Below, in pieces: positions 29,103 through 38,233 of a DNA stretch of 64,000 nucleotides. This stretch comes from an uncultured Maricaulis sp. (GTDB lineage Bacteria > Pseudomonadota > Alphaproteobacteria > Caulobacterales > Maricaulaceae), in contig NZ_CAXBGE010000012.1 of the NCBI RefSeq assembly GCF_963975345.1, positions 8,210-72,209 on the forward strand, in the 5' to 3' direction. The notes beneath the pieces were generated by a model. That model ran no database searches and was not told where the DNA came from. It saw only the letters and a list, made by a program, of their open reading frames with translations. The translations under genes and the position numbers were made by a program. Each line of letters opens with the position of its first letter. The first letter of the stretch is position 1.

Positions 29103-30227
29103 TCAGCGCTTGTCGCCATCCTCAACGGACAGGTTCCAATAACGCAGAACGGTCTGTGCTTTTTCGACCGACAGGCTGTCATAGACCTTGCGCGCCTGCT
29201 CGACGGTTTCATGCTGCGCCGAACGCCCCAAACCGGTCCAGAAGCCCGCGAAAGCCGGCCATTTCAGCCCCGTCGCCTTGCACAGGATCGCCAGGGCTTC
29301 ACCGGCCATGTCGTCGAGCATCCGGGTCAGCAATCGTTTGTGGATCCCGGCCAGAATCGCGATCTCCGAAACCAGTTCCGGCTGCGCACCCTCAAGACAA
29401 AACGTATCGATGACGCCCTCGAGCGACCCGTAAGGGCTCAGGTCGGAGGCCTCACGATTGCGCTGGCGGCGATCAATATAGCGCAGCACCCGTGAGACCA
29501 GCGGATCGTCCCAGCCTTCGACCGACACCATCGGGAAAATATCTTCGGTCGAATCGATCAGGATCGTGCGATCGACGGCAAAGCGTTCGAGGATCTGGAA
29601 GCGCTCGCGGTGTTCGCAGCCCCAGAACAGGCGGAAAGCCTGGGCCGGGCGCAATTCCGGGCGCCGGATCAGAAGCGTCGCATAGCGCAGCTCATCCTGG
29701 GCCGCGCCGACCAAGCGGTCGACCGTGGGGGCCGCCAGCGCGGTGGTCATGTTCTTCAAAACGCATTCGATCACCGGCGGTTCGCTGCTGGCCACCAGCG
29801 CGGCGGAGATGATCTCGCTGATCGCCTCACGGCGCGCAACGGCCATCCGGTGCTGCAGGCTGCCCGTTTGGACAATTTCGAGCAGGTCAAAATCGGTCAA
29901 TGCCCGGCAATCTTCGAGGATGGGCTGGGCGATCTCAAACTCGTCGCAGGCGAGGACGCGCAATAGTCGCGGCGGCGCCTCCATCAGACCGGCCAAGCGG
30001 CGGGCGCAACGCTGCCGGATTGAGGCATCGCTGGCGCGCAGGATATCATACAGAAGATCGGCCACGATCCAGCGCTCACCGGGCGTCAGCCGGCTCGATG
30101 GCAGACCGACAATATCGGCCAGCCGCCGTGCCAACACATCGCGCGCACGCTGGGGCGCCGGCTGATTCAGCTCATATGACTCGGCATTCGCCATTGCGAC
30201 CCGTCTGCTCCGTTTCATCTGCGCCAA
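29103..30227 (-). CDS. DUF2336 domain protein (second paralog)
   Basis: Helical repeats. ERWIVADLLYDILR and EIAQPILEDCRALTDFDLLEIV parallel the protein at 7668-8750. Confidence 0.6.
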   Translation of the reverse strand: MAQMKRSRRVAMANAESYELNQPAPQRARDVLARRLADIVGLPSSRLTPGERWIVADLLYDILRASDASIRQRCARRLAGLMEAPPRLLRVLACDEFEIAQPILEDCRALTDFDLLEIVQTGSLQHRMAVARREAISEIISAALVASSEPPVIECVLKNMTTALAAPTVDRLVGAAQDELRYATLLIRRPELRPAQAFRLFWGCEHRERFQILERFAVDRTILIDSTEDIFPMVSVEGWDDPLVSRVLRYIDRRQRNREASDLSPYGSLEGVIDTFCLEGAQPELVSEIAILAGIHKRLLTRMLDDMAGEALAILCKATGLKWPAFAGFWTGLGRSAQHETVEQARKVYDSLSVEKAQTVLRYWNLSVEDGDKR

Positions 30228-30590
30228 CAGAATGGCCGGGTCTTGTTAATGAATGGTACGCGCGGCGTGCAGGCGCACTGCTGCGAGAGCAAAACGGGGT
30301 AGGCTGATCCGCTTGACATTGGCCTTGCGCAGGCTACAGCTTGAAGCCATGAACGCGACCCAACGACGGCTTTCGACTTCTTCACGGGTGTGTCCGATCG
30401 CGGGCATCTGACCCTCGGCCCGGTCGCGTCGCGCCCCGGTCGGGGGCGCATAGGCTGGCGTTTCACAATGCGGTTCACGCATCGCTGACAAGCCGGCCCG
30501 ATACGCGGCACAGTTTCCAGATTTCACAGTTTGACCGTCGCGATGCCCCAGGCACGCGTGCGGCTCCAGTTCTTATGAGGAGGTCAGCCC

Positions 30591-31034
30591 ATGGCTGCCG
30601 CAACCAAACGCAAACTCAAGCCCGCCATCACGATGACCCGCTCCGATCATGAACGATTGTGGAGCCTCGCCGACTCCCTGCCCGACAGCGCCGCCAATGT
30701 CGCCGAACCCCTGCTCGTCGAACTCGACCGGGCCCGCATCGTTGCCGATGGCAAGATCGCGTCGAAAATCATCCGCATGGGGTCCAGCCTCTGCTTCACC
30801 AGCGATCTGGGCGATGACAAGCATGTCACCCTGGTCTTCCCGGGCGAAGCCGATATCGAAGCCAACAGGATCTCGATCCTCACCCCGATCGGTGCCGCCC
30901 TGATCGGGCTCTCCGCCGGCCAGACGATCGACTGGACCTCGCGCGACGGCCGTGTCCACCGCCTGACCGTCAAAAGCGTCACCCAACCCGGCGACGCCGC
31001 CAAAGCCCCGGCTGCCGGTGAATTGCAAACTTGA
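30591..31034 (+). CDS. rnk: regulator of nucleoside diphosphate kinase (GreA/GreB C-terminal domain family)
   Basis: ITMTRSDHERL...VTLVFPGEADIEANRISILTPIGAALIGLSAGQTIDW is the Rnk signature. Confidence 0.8.
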   Translation: MAAATKRKLKPAITMTRSDHERLWSLADSLPDSAANVAEPLLVELDRARIVADGKIASKIIRMGSSLCFTSDLGDDKHVTLVFPGEADIEANRISILTPIGAALIGLSAGQTIDWTSRDGRVHRLTVKSVTQPGDAAKAPAAGELQT

Positions 31035-31093
31035 GGGCACGGTAAAAGGGGACAGGAATAATTAACGCGCCACCGTGCGGGTTCGCCCCTGCC

Positions 31094-31183
31094 AAAAACG
31101 GGGACACTCACCATATTTAAGTTTCTAAGCGCCTGAATTAACGGGCGTATCATCAAATTTATTGGTGAGTGTCCCCGTTTTTT
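31094..31183. repeat. perfect 20-bp inverted repeat with 49-nt spacer (MITE-like or hairpin)
   Basis: AAAAACGGGGACACTCACCA (31094-31113) and TGGTGAGTGTCCCCGTTTTT (31163-31182). The same GGGGACAC(T)CAC terminus recurs at 51821-51840 and 52518-52537. Confidence 0.85.
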
Positions 31184-31245
31184 ATGTCGCTCTCACCACC
31201 TAGCGACACCTTGAGACAGGCTTAGATTATTACGATCGCTCGCGG

Positions 31246-31932
31246 TTAGGACACAATGATAACGGAGAAAATTCCGCGACCATCAAGGGTTTGGATGATC
31301 CGAGAAACTCCACCAGCACTAGCATTTACTGCATAAGTCCATCGGGTCTCCAAAACGCGTCCATCGACATCGATGACATTAAAATCAAATTGGTACCGAA
31401 ATACGCCGACCTCGCTTGTCGCAGCGACCTGCATAGATATTGAGATTGCCTTGTCGACTGACTGTTCATCACCCATCAGCGCATCAACGGTGTCAGTTGA
31501 AAGCTGTCCGAGAATGGTCTCCTCGTTCAATATTGTGGCAAGTTGAAACGAGTTACCTAATCCGGTGGTTGTCGAAACATCGGCTGCAGGAACAACCATC
31601 ATCTCAATTCGCCACGCCGTGCTTTCTACTCCAACCGCAACGACGGGAGATGCGAACACGTTTCCCAAACCCAAAACGGTTATCGCAAATAATGCGATCA
31701 GAATGCTAGTCGCTGCTACCAGCGGCAACCAAACCCAGTGAACATAAAACCTGCCGCTGGAGTATCGAGAGATTGCCGCTCTCATCACCGAGCTGGCGGT
31801 CGTGTTACGCCGTGTAGCCGCATCCAAGAAATTGTCTTTTTCGCGCTTTGATAATCGTACTTCCAATGAGTCTGTTTTTTTCATATCGGCGTGATCGTTC
31901 ATTTGGTTCCCCTTAATCGAAGAAAACGACAT
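31246..31932 (-). CDS. MobC-like ribbon-helix-helix domain fused to a TM helix and an extracytoplasmic domain
   Basis: LEVRLSKREKDNFLDAATRRNTTASSVMRAAI (RHH strand-helix-helix), then the hydrophobic helix VWLPLVAATSILIALFAITVLGL, then about 150 aa of beta-rich sequence. The gene is visibly AT-richer than its surroundings. Confidence 0.55.
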   Translation of the reverse strand: MSFSSIKGNQMNDHADMKKTDSLEVRLSKREKDNFLDAATRRNTTASSVMRAAISRYSSGRFYVHWVWLPLVAATSILIALFAITVLGLGNVFASPVVAVGVESTAWRIEMMVVPAADVSTTTGLGNSFQLATILNEETILGQLSTDTVDALMGDEQSVDKAISISMQVAATSEVGVFRYQFDFNVIDVDGRVLETRWTYAVNASAGGVSRIIQTLDGRGIFSVIIVS

Positions 31933-32174
31933 TCGGTGCTGTCGATCTAGAGGTTTCGTGTCATGACGTTGTAGTATTTTGGTCCAGACACGGCCCAGCC
32001 CTTTCGCGCCATTCAGGTGTCGGCTTCACGACAGTCGACGATATTCAGTCAATTCGCGTCGTGAAACCCGTGTGGAAATGTCATTCGCCATAAATCCCTC
32101 AATAACGTTATTGCGACGTTCCAGAATGGTGCGATGCGGTGATATTTCGGCACATTCCGATGGCATGAAGGACG

Positions 32175-32450
32175 AGTGTTCAGATGGCGCGAAAATCGAA
32201 GCTTGGCGATAAATCAGCGCGGCTCGAGGCCAATGCCAAGGAAGTTCAAGAGCGGGGCTTGTCAGCTTGAAACCGCTTGAGTGCGCGGTCAGCGCTCCCT
32301 AGCTTCGCTCGAAGCGCAATCCATTCAAATATTTCAAGCGTCGCTCGAAATCATCCGCGTAGCGGTGATGATGTACATCCGCTTTCCGCTCTCGCTGCGA
32401 AACGTCGACGACCTGCTCCACGAGTGCGGGATCGATATCTCTCACACACA
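32175..32450 (+). pseudogene. IS6-family insertion sequence remnant (5' end and truncated transposase N-terminus)
   Basis: The translated stretch EIIRVAVMMYIRFPLSLRNVDDLLHECGIDISH matches the conserved IS6 (IS26/IS6100-type) transposase N-terminus. GCGAAAATCGAAGCTTGG resembles the IS6100 left-end sequence. The reading frame degenerates after about 32445. Confidence 0.6.
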
Positions 32451-32548
32451 TTTACTTCCAGACTTAACTATCTCCCCCCCTTGCGAGGGGAACCACTTAA
32501 ACCTCCAGCCGCTCGCGGCGTGGAGATTTTGCTGTGTCCTTTAATATC

Positions 32549-32980
32549 TCACCGCCCGAGCAGCTTGCGCAACGCATCCCGGTCCAGCCAGACCAGCACC
32601 AGCGATAGCACAAAGAACGGCACCGCCATCATGAACAGCATCGGGCTGAACTCATAGCCACCGCCCGGTGCGAAGGCGACCGGGGCGTTGATGCCGAGCC
32701 AGGGGGAGAGATGGAAGCCGAGCGCGCCGCCCGTTACACCAGCGGCAAGCAGCGCTCCCACGCCGCGCAGGCGTCCGGTGAATGTGGCGAGCAGGATCAG
32801 CGCTGCGGCGGTGAGTTCGCCGACACCGACCATCAGACGGATCACCGGCTCGAACAATTCGATCCCCGAGGTCGCGGCGATATAGGCAAAGACCGGATTG
32901 GCGGCGCCGAATTTTTGCGCGCCCATAAAGACCAGGAAGGCGGCGACAAGAATACCAAGGCCGATACGGAAATATTTCAT
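32549..32980 (-). CDS. DoxX family membrane protein
   Basis: MKYFRIGLGILVAAFLVFMGAQKF...VGVGELTAAALILL, 4-TM DoxX pattern. The start is taken at ATG 32980. Confidence 0.7.
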   Translation of the reverse strand: MKYFRIGLGILVAAFLVFMGAQKFGAANPVFAYIAATSGIELFEPVIRLMVGVGELTAAALILLATFTGRLRGVGALLAAGVTGGALGFHLSPWLGINAPVAFAPGGGYEFSPMLFMMAVPFFVLSLVLVWLDRDALRKLLGR

Positions 32981-33141
32981 GGCAATCGCTCCAGGCGTTG
33001 AGGAAGAGTTTTCCATTGCGGATCGAGAAAACTTGCTTGGCGCCAACATGTTGCTAGACAGTCCATGACGCCAGTCACATTCACTCACGATCACAGTGAT
33101 ATATTCGTGATGAACTTCGAAACTCGATCAATGTTGAGCCC

Positions 33142-34455
33142 TTGCCCCTGTTCGATACCCTCGCCCGCAACCGGAAGTTCCGGCTTCCGCCCTTCGGTGC
33201 CTATCTGGCGCTGGTGGCCTGCTGGTTCTTCAGTTTCGGGCTGCAGACGACCCTGTTTCCCGGCGTCATCACCTTCACCCTTGGCGAAAGCCCCGAGCGG
33301 CTCGGCATCGCCCAAGCGGCGCTGACCGCGCCGATGATGTTGCTGCTGCCGCTGGCCGGTGTGTTGGCCGAGCGCCGCGACCGGCGCGGCATCCTGTTCT
33401 ATTTCTACATTTTCGCTGGCCTGAGCGCGCTGGCCCTCGCCGGCCTGCTGTTCACGGACCGGCTCTCCTATTGGACGATGGTCGGCTTTGCGCTGCTGAT
33501 CGGCGTCGCCGGTGGCTTCGTGATGCCGGCCCGCGACAGCGCCATCAACCCGATCGTCCGCATCGCCGCCAGGACGCGTCATGGCGGGATCGATCTGCAA
33601 CGCGCTATCGTATTGACCTCGACGGTGCAATTCGCCTCCCAGATCGCCGGCATGGGGGTCGGCTATTTCGCGGCCTGGACGGGACCGGCAGCCCTGTTCG
33701 CGCTACAAGGGGCCGGCTTGATCCTGGGCGGGCTGGCGGCGGCCTTCATCCCGCGCCTGGCCTCAAATCGTGGCCGCTCCACCGCCCACCCGATGGCCGA
33801 TCTGGTCGATGGCTGGCGCGCCGTGATCCATTCACCGGTCCTGATGCCGATGACGGCGATCATGGTCGCGATCGGCTTTCTCGTCGTCGGCGGCGGCTTT
33901 CTGGTGCTCATTCCCCTGTTGATCCGCGAGACCTATGGCGGCGGCTTCCAGGAGATCGCCAGCTTGATGGTGTGTTTCTGGCTCGGCGCGCTGGCGGCCA
34001 ATCTCGCTTTGGCGAATCTGCGCCAGATCGAGCGGCCGGGCCGCGCCGTCATCCTGGCGCAATGCGTCACCGTTGCGGCCTTGGGCGCATTCGCACTGCC
34101 GATGCCGCTCTGGGCGCTCTATGTGCTGGTGTTTTTCTGGGGCCTCGGAGCCGGTGTCGCGATCTCGCTGAGCCGGTCTGTCGTGCAGGAACAGGCGCCG
34201 CCCGCCAAGCTGGCGCGGGTGATGTCGGTCTATCAGCTCGGCCTGTTTGGCGGCATGCCGGCCGGCGCCGTCATCATGGGTTTCCTGATCGGCGCCACCG
34301 GCCCACACATCGCCGCCCTGATCCCGATGGCCGGGCTTGCAGTTGTGCTGGTGTTGATCTGCCTCACAACGCCTATATGGTCCATCAAGCGCGGCCAACC
34401 GGTCGCCCCCATCACCGCATCCGAGGAGAGCGCTCATGCCAAGGCTGACCGATAG
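33142..34455 (+). CDS. MFS transporter
   Basis: 12 predicted TM helices. LAGVLAERRDRR loop 2-3 motif. Apparent TTG start. Confidence 0.8.
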   Translation: MPLFDTLARNRKFRLPPFGAYLALVACWFFSFGLQTTLFPGVITFTLGESPERLGIAQAALTAPMMLLLPLAGVLAERRDRRGILFYFYIFAGLSALALAGLLFTDRLSYWTMVGFALLIGVAGGFVMPARDSAINPIVRIAARTRHGGIDLQRAIVLTSTVQFASQIAGMGVGYFAAWTGPAALFALQGAGLILGGLAAAFIPRLASNRGRSTAHPMADLVDGWRAVIHSPVLMPMTAIMVAIGFLVVGGGFLVLIPLLIRETYGGGFQEIASLMVCFWLGALAANLALANLRQIERPGRAVILAQCVTVAALGAFALPMPLWALYVLVFFWGLGAGVAISLSRSVVQEQAPPAKLARVMSVYQLGLFGGMPAGAVIMGFLIGATGPHIAALIPMAGLAVVLVLICLTTPIWSIKRGQPVAPITASEESAHAKADR

Positions 34456-34843
34456 CGAAATTGCGCGCCTGCGCGCCGCCCTCGACCCCGCTACCGAGGC
34501 GATTGCATTCGCCGAAGGCACCGAGCCGCCCTTCTCTCACCCGCTCAATAACGAGAAACGCGCCGGAAGCTTTCACTGCGCCGTCTGCGGCGAGCGCGCT
34601 TTTGCCTCGGCGCATAAATACGAGTCCGGGTCGGGCTGGCCCTCCTTCTGGCAGCCCGCCGAACCGGACGCGATCTCGACCAGCACGGATTACAAACTGC
34701 GCTATCCGCGCGTTGAGATTCACTGCGCCAATTGCGGCGCCCACATGGGTCATGTCTTCACTGACGGACCGCCGCCGACCGGTCAGCGCTATTGCACCAA
34801 TGGCGGCGTGCTCGACTTTCACGCCGATGCCGGGCAGGACTGA
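34436..34843 (+). CDS. msrB: peptide-methionine (R)-S-oxide reductase
   Basis: CAVCG...GSGWPSF...HCANCGAHMGHVF...RYCTNG: Zn-binding CxxC pairs and the catalytic Cys. Confidence 0.95.
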   Translation: MPRLTDSEIARLRAALDPATEAIAFAEGTEPPFSHPLNNEKRAGSFHCAVCGERAFASAHKYESGSGWPSFWQPAEPDAISTSTDYKLRYPRVEIHCANCGAHMGHVFTDGPPPTGQRYCTNGGVLDFHADAGQD

Positions 34844-34881
34844 CACTTAACAGCAGTCTAATGGCTAGCCAGGGGGCAATT

Positions 34882-37164
34882 ATGAAGCGACTAACAGCCA
34901 ACCAACGGGTGATTAAAATGGGTGCCGGGCTTGCCGCCCTGTTCGCCGCCGCCTGCAGCCCGGAGAGCAATATGACGACTGAGACCACATCTGCCGCAAC
35001 CCACTCTGCCCTGATCGATCGCGCGCGCACGATCGAAGCGCCGATGGCCGAGCAACGCCCCGTAGAGATTGAACAACTCGGCTTCACCCGGATCGATGAA
35101 TACCAGTGGATCAAGGATGAGAACTGGCAGCAGGTCATGCGTGAGCCGGAAGTGCTCGACCCCGATGTCCGCGCCCTGCTCGATGCCGAAAACGCCTATC
35201 TAGACAACGTGATGGAACCAACTGCCGGCTTGCAGGAACGGATTTTCCAGGAGATCCGCGGCCGCATCAAGGAAGACGACAGCTCGGTGCCCGAGCGCGA
35301 TGGCGATTTCGAATATTTCAGCCGCTATCGCGAAGGCGGCCAATACCCGATCTATGCCCGCCGCCCGGTTGACCCGACCACGGGTGAAGCCATTGGCGAA
35401 GAAGAGATTTTGATCGATGGTGATGCCGAAGCGGCCGATTTCGACTATCTCGATTTCGGTGAAGTCGAGCACAGCCCCGACCATCGCTATCTCGCCTATG
35501 CCGTCGATATCCGAGGCTCGGAATATTACGAAGTCCGCATCAAGGACATCGCCACAGGCGCAATTATCTCAACCCTGACTGACGAATCCACCGGCGATTT
35601 CGTCTGGACCAATGACAGCGAAACCCTCTACTGGATCTGGCGCGACGATAATGGCCGCTCGGTCCGCGTCTATCGCCAGCCCCGCGACGGTGGCACCAGC
35701 GAACTGGTCTATGAAGAGCCCGATGCCGGCTTCTTCCTGTCGATCGGCCTGTCGGATGGCGAGAATTATGTCGTCATCAATGCCGGCGGCCACACCTCCA
35801 ACGAGATGCGCCTGATCGACGCCAATGATCCAACGGCCGAGCCGGTGCTGATCGCGCCGCGCGAAGACAATGTCGAATATTATCTGACAGAAGCCCCGGA
35901 CCGCTTCTATTTCCGCACCAATCTCGACGGTGCCGTCGACTTCAAGATCATGTCGGCTCCGCTCGATAATCCCGGCCGCGAAAACTGGGTCGATGTCATC
36001 CCGAGCCGTCCCGGCGTGCTCGTGCTCGACCTGGTCGGTTTCCGCGATTGGCAAGTGCGGATGGAGCGTGAAAATGCCCTGCCACGCATCGTCGTACGCG
36101 AATACGCCACCGGTGCCGAACATCAGATCGACTTCGCCGAAGACGCCTATTCGCTCGGCGTTTCAGCCGGTTACGAATACGCCGTAAACATGATCCGCTT
36201 CTCCTATGAGAGCCCCTCAACGCCTGAGGAGACATACGACTACGACATGCGCACCCGTGAACGCGTGCTGCGTAAGCGCCAGGAAGTGCCATCCGGGCAT
36301 GATCCAGCCGATTATGTCGTGCGCCGGATTATGGCACCGGCCGCTGACGGGGCCCAGATCCCGGTCACCATACTTTATCGTGCTGGCACACCATTGGACG
36401 GTTCAGCCCCGCTGATGCTGTATGGCTATGGTTCCTACGGCATCACCATCCCGGCCGCCTTCCGAGTCACACCGCTCTCGCTGGTGGATCGCGGCATGGT
36501 CTACGCCATCGCCCATATTCGCGGCGGCATGGCCGGGGGCTATCAATGGTATCTCGACGGAAAGCTGGAGAATAAGGAGAACACTTTCTCCGATTTCGTC
36601 GCCGCCGGTGAGGCCCTCGCCCGCGAAGGCTATACCTCCCGCGGTCATATCGTCGCCTATGGCGGCTCGGCTGGCGGCCTGCTGGTCGGCGCTGCGATTA
36701 ATCTCCAGCCTGACCTGTTTGCCGGTGCTATCGCGGCTGTGCCCTTTGTCGACGTCGTCAACACCATGTCAGACGCCGAATTGCCGCTCACCCCACCGGA
36801 ATGGCCCGAATGGGGCAATCCGATCGAGAGCGCTGAAGACTATCAAACGATGATCGCCTACAGCCCCTACGATCAGGTCGGCGAACATGCCTATCCGCAC
36901 GTGCTGGCCACGGGTGGCCTGACCGATCCACGCGTCACCTATTGGGAGCCGACCAAATGGGTCGCACGCCTGCGTGACCGCCGCACCGATGACGGTCTAA
37001 CACTGCTCAGAATGAATATGGGCGCCGGCCATGGCGGCGCTTCAGGCCGGTTTGACAGCCTGCGTGAGACTGCCATGAACTGGGCCTTCGCGCTGATGAC
37101 GGTCGGCCTCGCCGATGCCGAGGTCGACGCAATCGCGGCCGAGCCAGCTGCCGCTGCGGAATAA
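34882..37164 (+). CDS. ptrB: oligopeptidase B / S9A prolyl oligopeptidase family serine protease
   Basis: Lipoprotein-like signal (LFAAACS), beta-propeller region, and catalytic GGSAGGLL with downstream D and H (GAGHGG). Confidence 0.85.
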   Translation: MKRLTANQRVIKMGAGLAALFAAACSPESNMTTETTSAATHSALIDRARTIEAPMAEQRPVEIEQLGFTRIDEYQWIKDENWQQVMREPEVLDPDVRALLDAENAYLDNVMEPTAGLQERIFQEIRGRIKEDDSSVPERDGDFEYFSRYREGGQYPIYARRPVDPTTGEAIGEEEILIDGDAEAADFDYLDFGEVEHSPDHRYLAYAVDIRGSEYYEVRIKDIATGAIISTLTDESTGDFVWTNDSETLYWIWRDDNGRSVRVYRQPRDGGTSELVYEEPDAGFFLSIGLSDGENYVVINAGGHTSNEMRLIDANDPTAEPVLIAPREDNVEYYLTEAPDRFYFRTNLDGAVDFKIMSAPLDNPGRENWVDVIPSRPGVLVLDLVGFRDWQVRMERENALPRIVVREYATGAEHQIDFAEDAYSLGVSAGYEYAVNMIRFSYESPSTPEETYDYDMRTRERVLRKRQEVPSGHDPADYVVRRIMAPAADGAQIPVTILYRAGTPLDGSAPLMLYGYGSYGITIPAAFRVTPLSLVDRGMVYAIAHIRGGMAGGYQWYLDGKLENKENTFSDFVAAGEALAREGYTSRGHIVAYGGSAGGLLVGAAINLQPDLFAGAIAAVPFVDVVNTMSDAELPLTPPEWPEWGNPIESAEDYQTMIAYSPYDQVGEHAYPHVLATGGLTDPRVTYWEPTKWVARLRDRRTDDGLTLLRMNMGAGHGGASGRFDSLRETAMNWAFALMTVGLADAEVDAIAAEPAAAAE

Positions 37165-37198
37165 AATAGGCCCGCTGCGAGCAAGCTCGCAGCGGGCC
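37162..37198. terminator. 14-bp GC-rich hairpin between convergent ptrB and tonB
   Basis: GGCCCGCTGCGAGC..GCTCGCAGCGGGCC. The T-rich run lies on the minus-strand side (CTATTTTATTCC). Confidence 0.6.
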
Positions 37199-37240
37199 GG
37201 TTCCGGCCGGACGGGGCCATCCGCAGCGACCGGAAAGCGG

Positions 37241-37858
37241 TCATTCGTCGAGGCGAAAGACCAACTGGGTCGTCGCACCGCGAAACATCACGGGCTCACC
37301 ATCTTCGACCTGCGGGCTATAGCGCCAGCGCGACACCGCATTCACCGACGCACTCTCGAACAGCGAGCTGGAGCAATTCAGCGACCGCACATTGGTGGTC
37401 GTTCCCTGCGGCGTGATGTCGAACAGCATGGTGCACTGGCCTTCCAGCATCCGCTCGGCTGCGCGTATCGGATAGCTCGGCTGAACCCGCACGACCGGCA
37501 CCGGGTTACGCTCGGTGATCACGATGCTACCCGCACCGCTGATTTCGGCACGACCGATAGCCGGCAAGACAAGGGTGGAGATTGAAGTCCCCGGGTCAAG
37601 CGAGCTGGTTGCCGTGTCAATCACCGGCCGGATCGGTGGCGGCGCGACGGGGTCAACGAGGATCATGTCCGGTGTGCGGTCTGGCGGGGTATCGATCGGT
37701 TCGAATTTGATGACGACATCGGGCCTATCGACCTCGGCCGCCGGATGTACCGGTCCGATATCGATCAGTTGCCGCATCATCAGGAACAGGGCAACCGTGA
37801 TGACGGCCGCGACGGGCAGGATCAGCGAAATTCTTAGAGACTGAAAAGTGGCTGTCAT
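37241..37858 (-). CDS. tonB: energy transducer TonB (paralog A, 205 aa)
   Basis: N-terminal TM anchor. C-terminal domain VRVQPSYPIRAAERMLEGQCTMLFDITPQGTTTNV...AVSRWRYSP. Confidence 0.85.
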   Translation of the reverse strand: MTATFQSLRISLILPVAAVITVALFLMMRQLIDIGPVHPAAEVDRPDVVIKFEPIDTPPDRTPDMILVDPVAPPPIRPVIDTATSSLDPGTSISTLVLPAIGRAEISGAGSIVITERNPVPVVRVQPSYPIRAAERMLEGQCTMLFDITPQGTTTNVRSLNCSSSLFESASVNAVSRWRYSPQVEDGEPVMFRGATTQLVFRLDE

Positions 37859-38155
37859 CCGACAAACCTCCCCTTGGACAGTGTCTGCACGGCCCCGCCA
37901 GCGTCTGTCTCTCGACCCGCCGCTGCCCCGGGGCGTTAGCCGCACGCCGGGGTGGCGAGTGTGACGCAGAGCTACAACACAGCCCCGCGCCACAGCGATA
38001 ATCTGCTCTGAAGAGGCGGCGAAAGCGCGGCGGAACAAGGAGGGATTGTGGCCATTGCGGGGTAATTCTTCGGACACCCCCTCCGTTCAGGCCCGCTCAG
38101 ACCTGTTCGAATTGCTTCGGGAAGAGGTCGGTGGTGCCGGCACGTCCTGCCCAAG

Positions 38156-38186
38156 AAAAACGCCCCGGCCAGAAGCCGGGGCGTTT
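38156..38186. terminator. rho-independent terminator downstream of the TPR gene
   Basis: AAAAA-CGCCCCGGC-cagaa-GCCGGGGCG-TTTG. A U-tract is present on both strands. Confidence 0.7.
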
Positions 38187-38233
38187 GTCATTTCACGATA
38201 GCCACACCCGCAAAGCGGGAAGGGCAAAGCCGT

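Noticed and set aside
31094-31183. Tn3-family inverted repeats (a TIME element)
   Set aside because: The arms start with GGGG and one side contains CGTTAA, as in Tn3-type 38-bp IRs. However, similarity between the arms ends after 20 nt, the whole unit is only about 90 bp, and I cannot match the IR to any Tn3-family member from memory. I kept it only as an unclassified IR element.
32026-32166. 46-aa minus-strand ORF (MPSECAEISPHRTILERRNNVIEGFMANDISTRVSRRELTEYRRLS) in the islet
   Set aside because: It is short, has no RBS or recognisable motif, and lies in decayed mobile DNA. There is not enough support to call it a gene.
33471-34448. 325-aa alternative-frame ORF inside the MFS transporter gene
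   Set aside because: It lies on the same strand in a different frame. Its translation is Arg/Gly/Pro-rich and lacks TM segments, whereas the annotated frame gives 12 helices.
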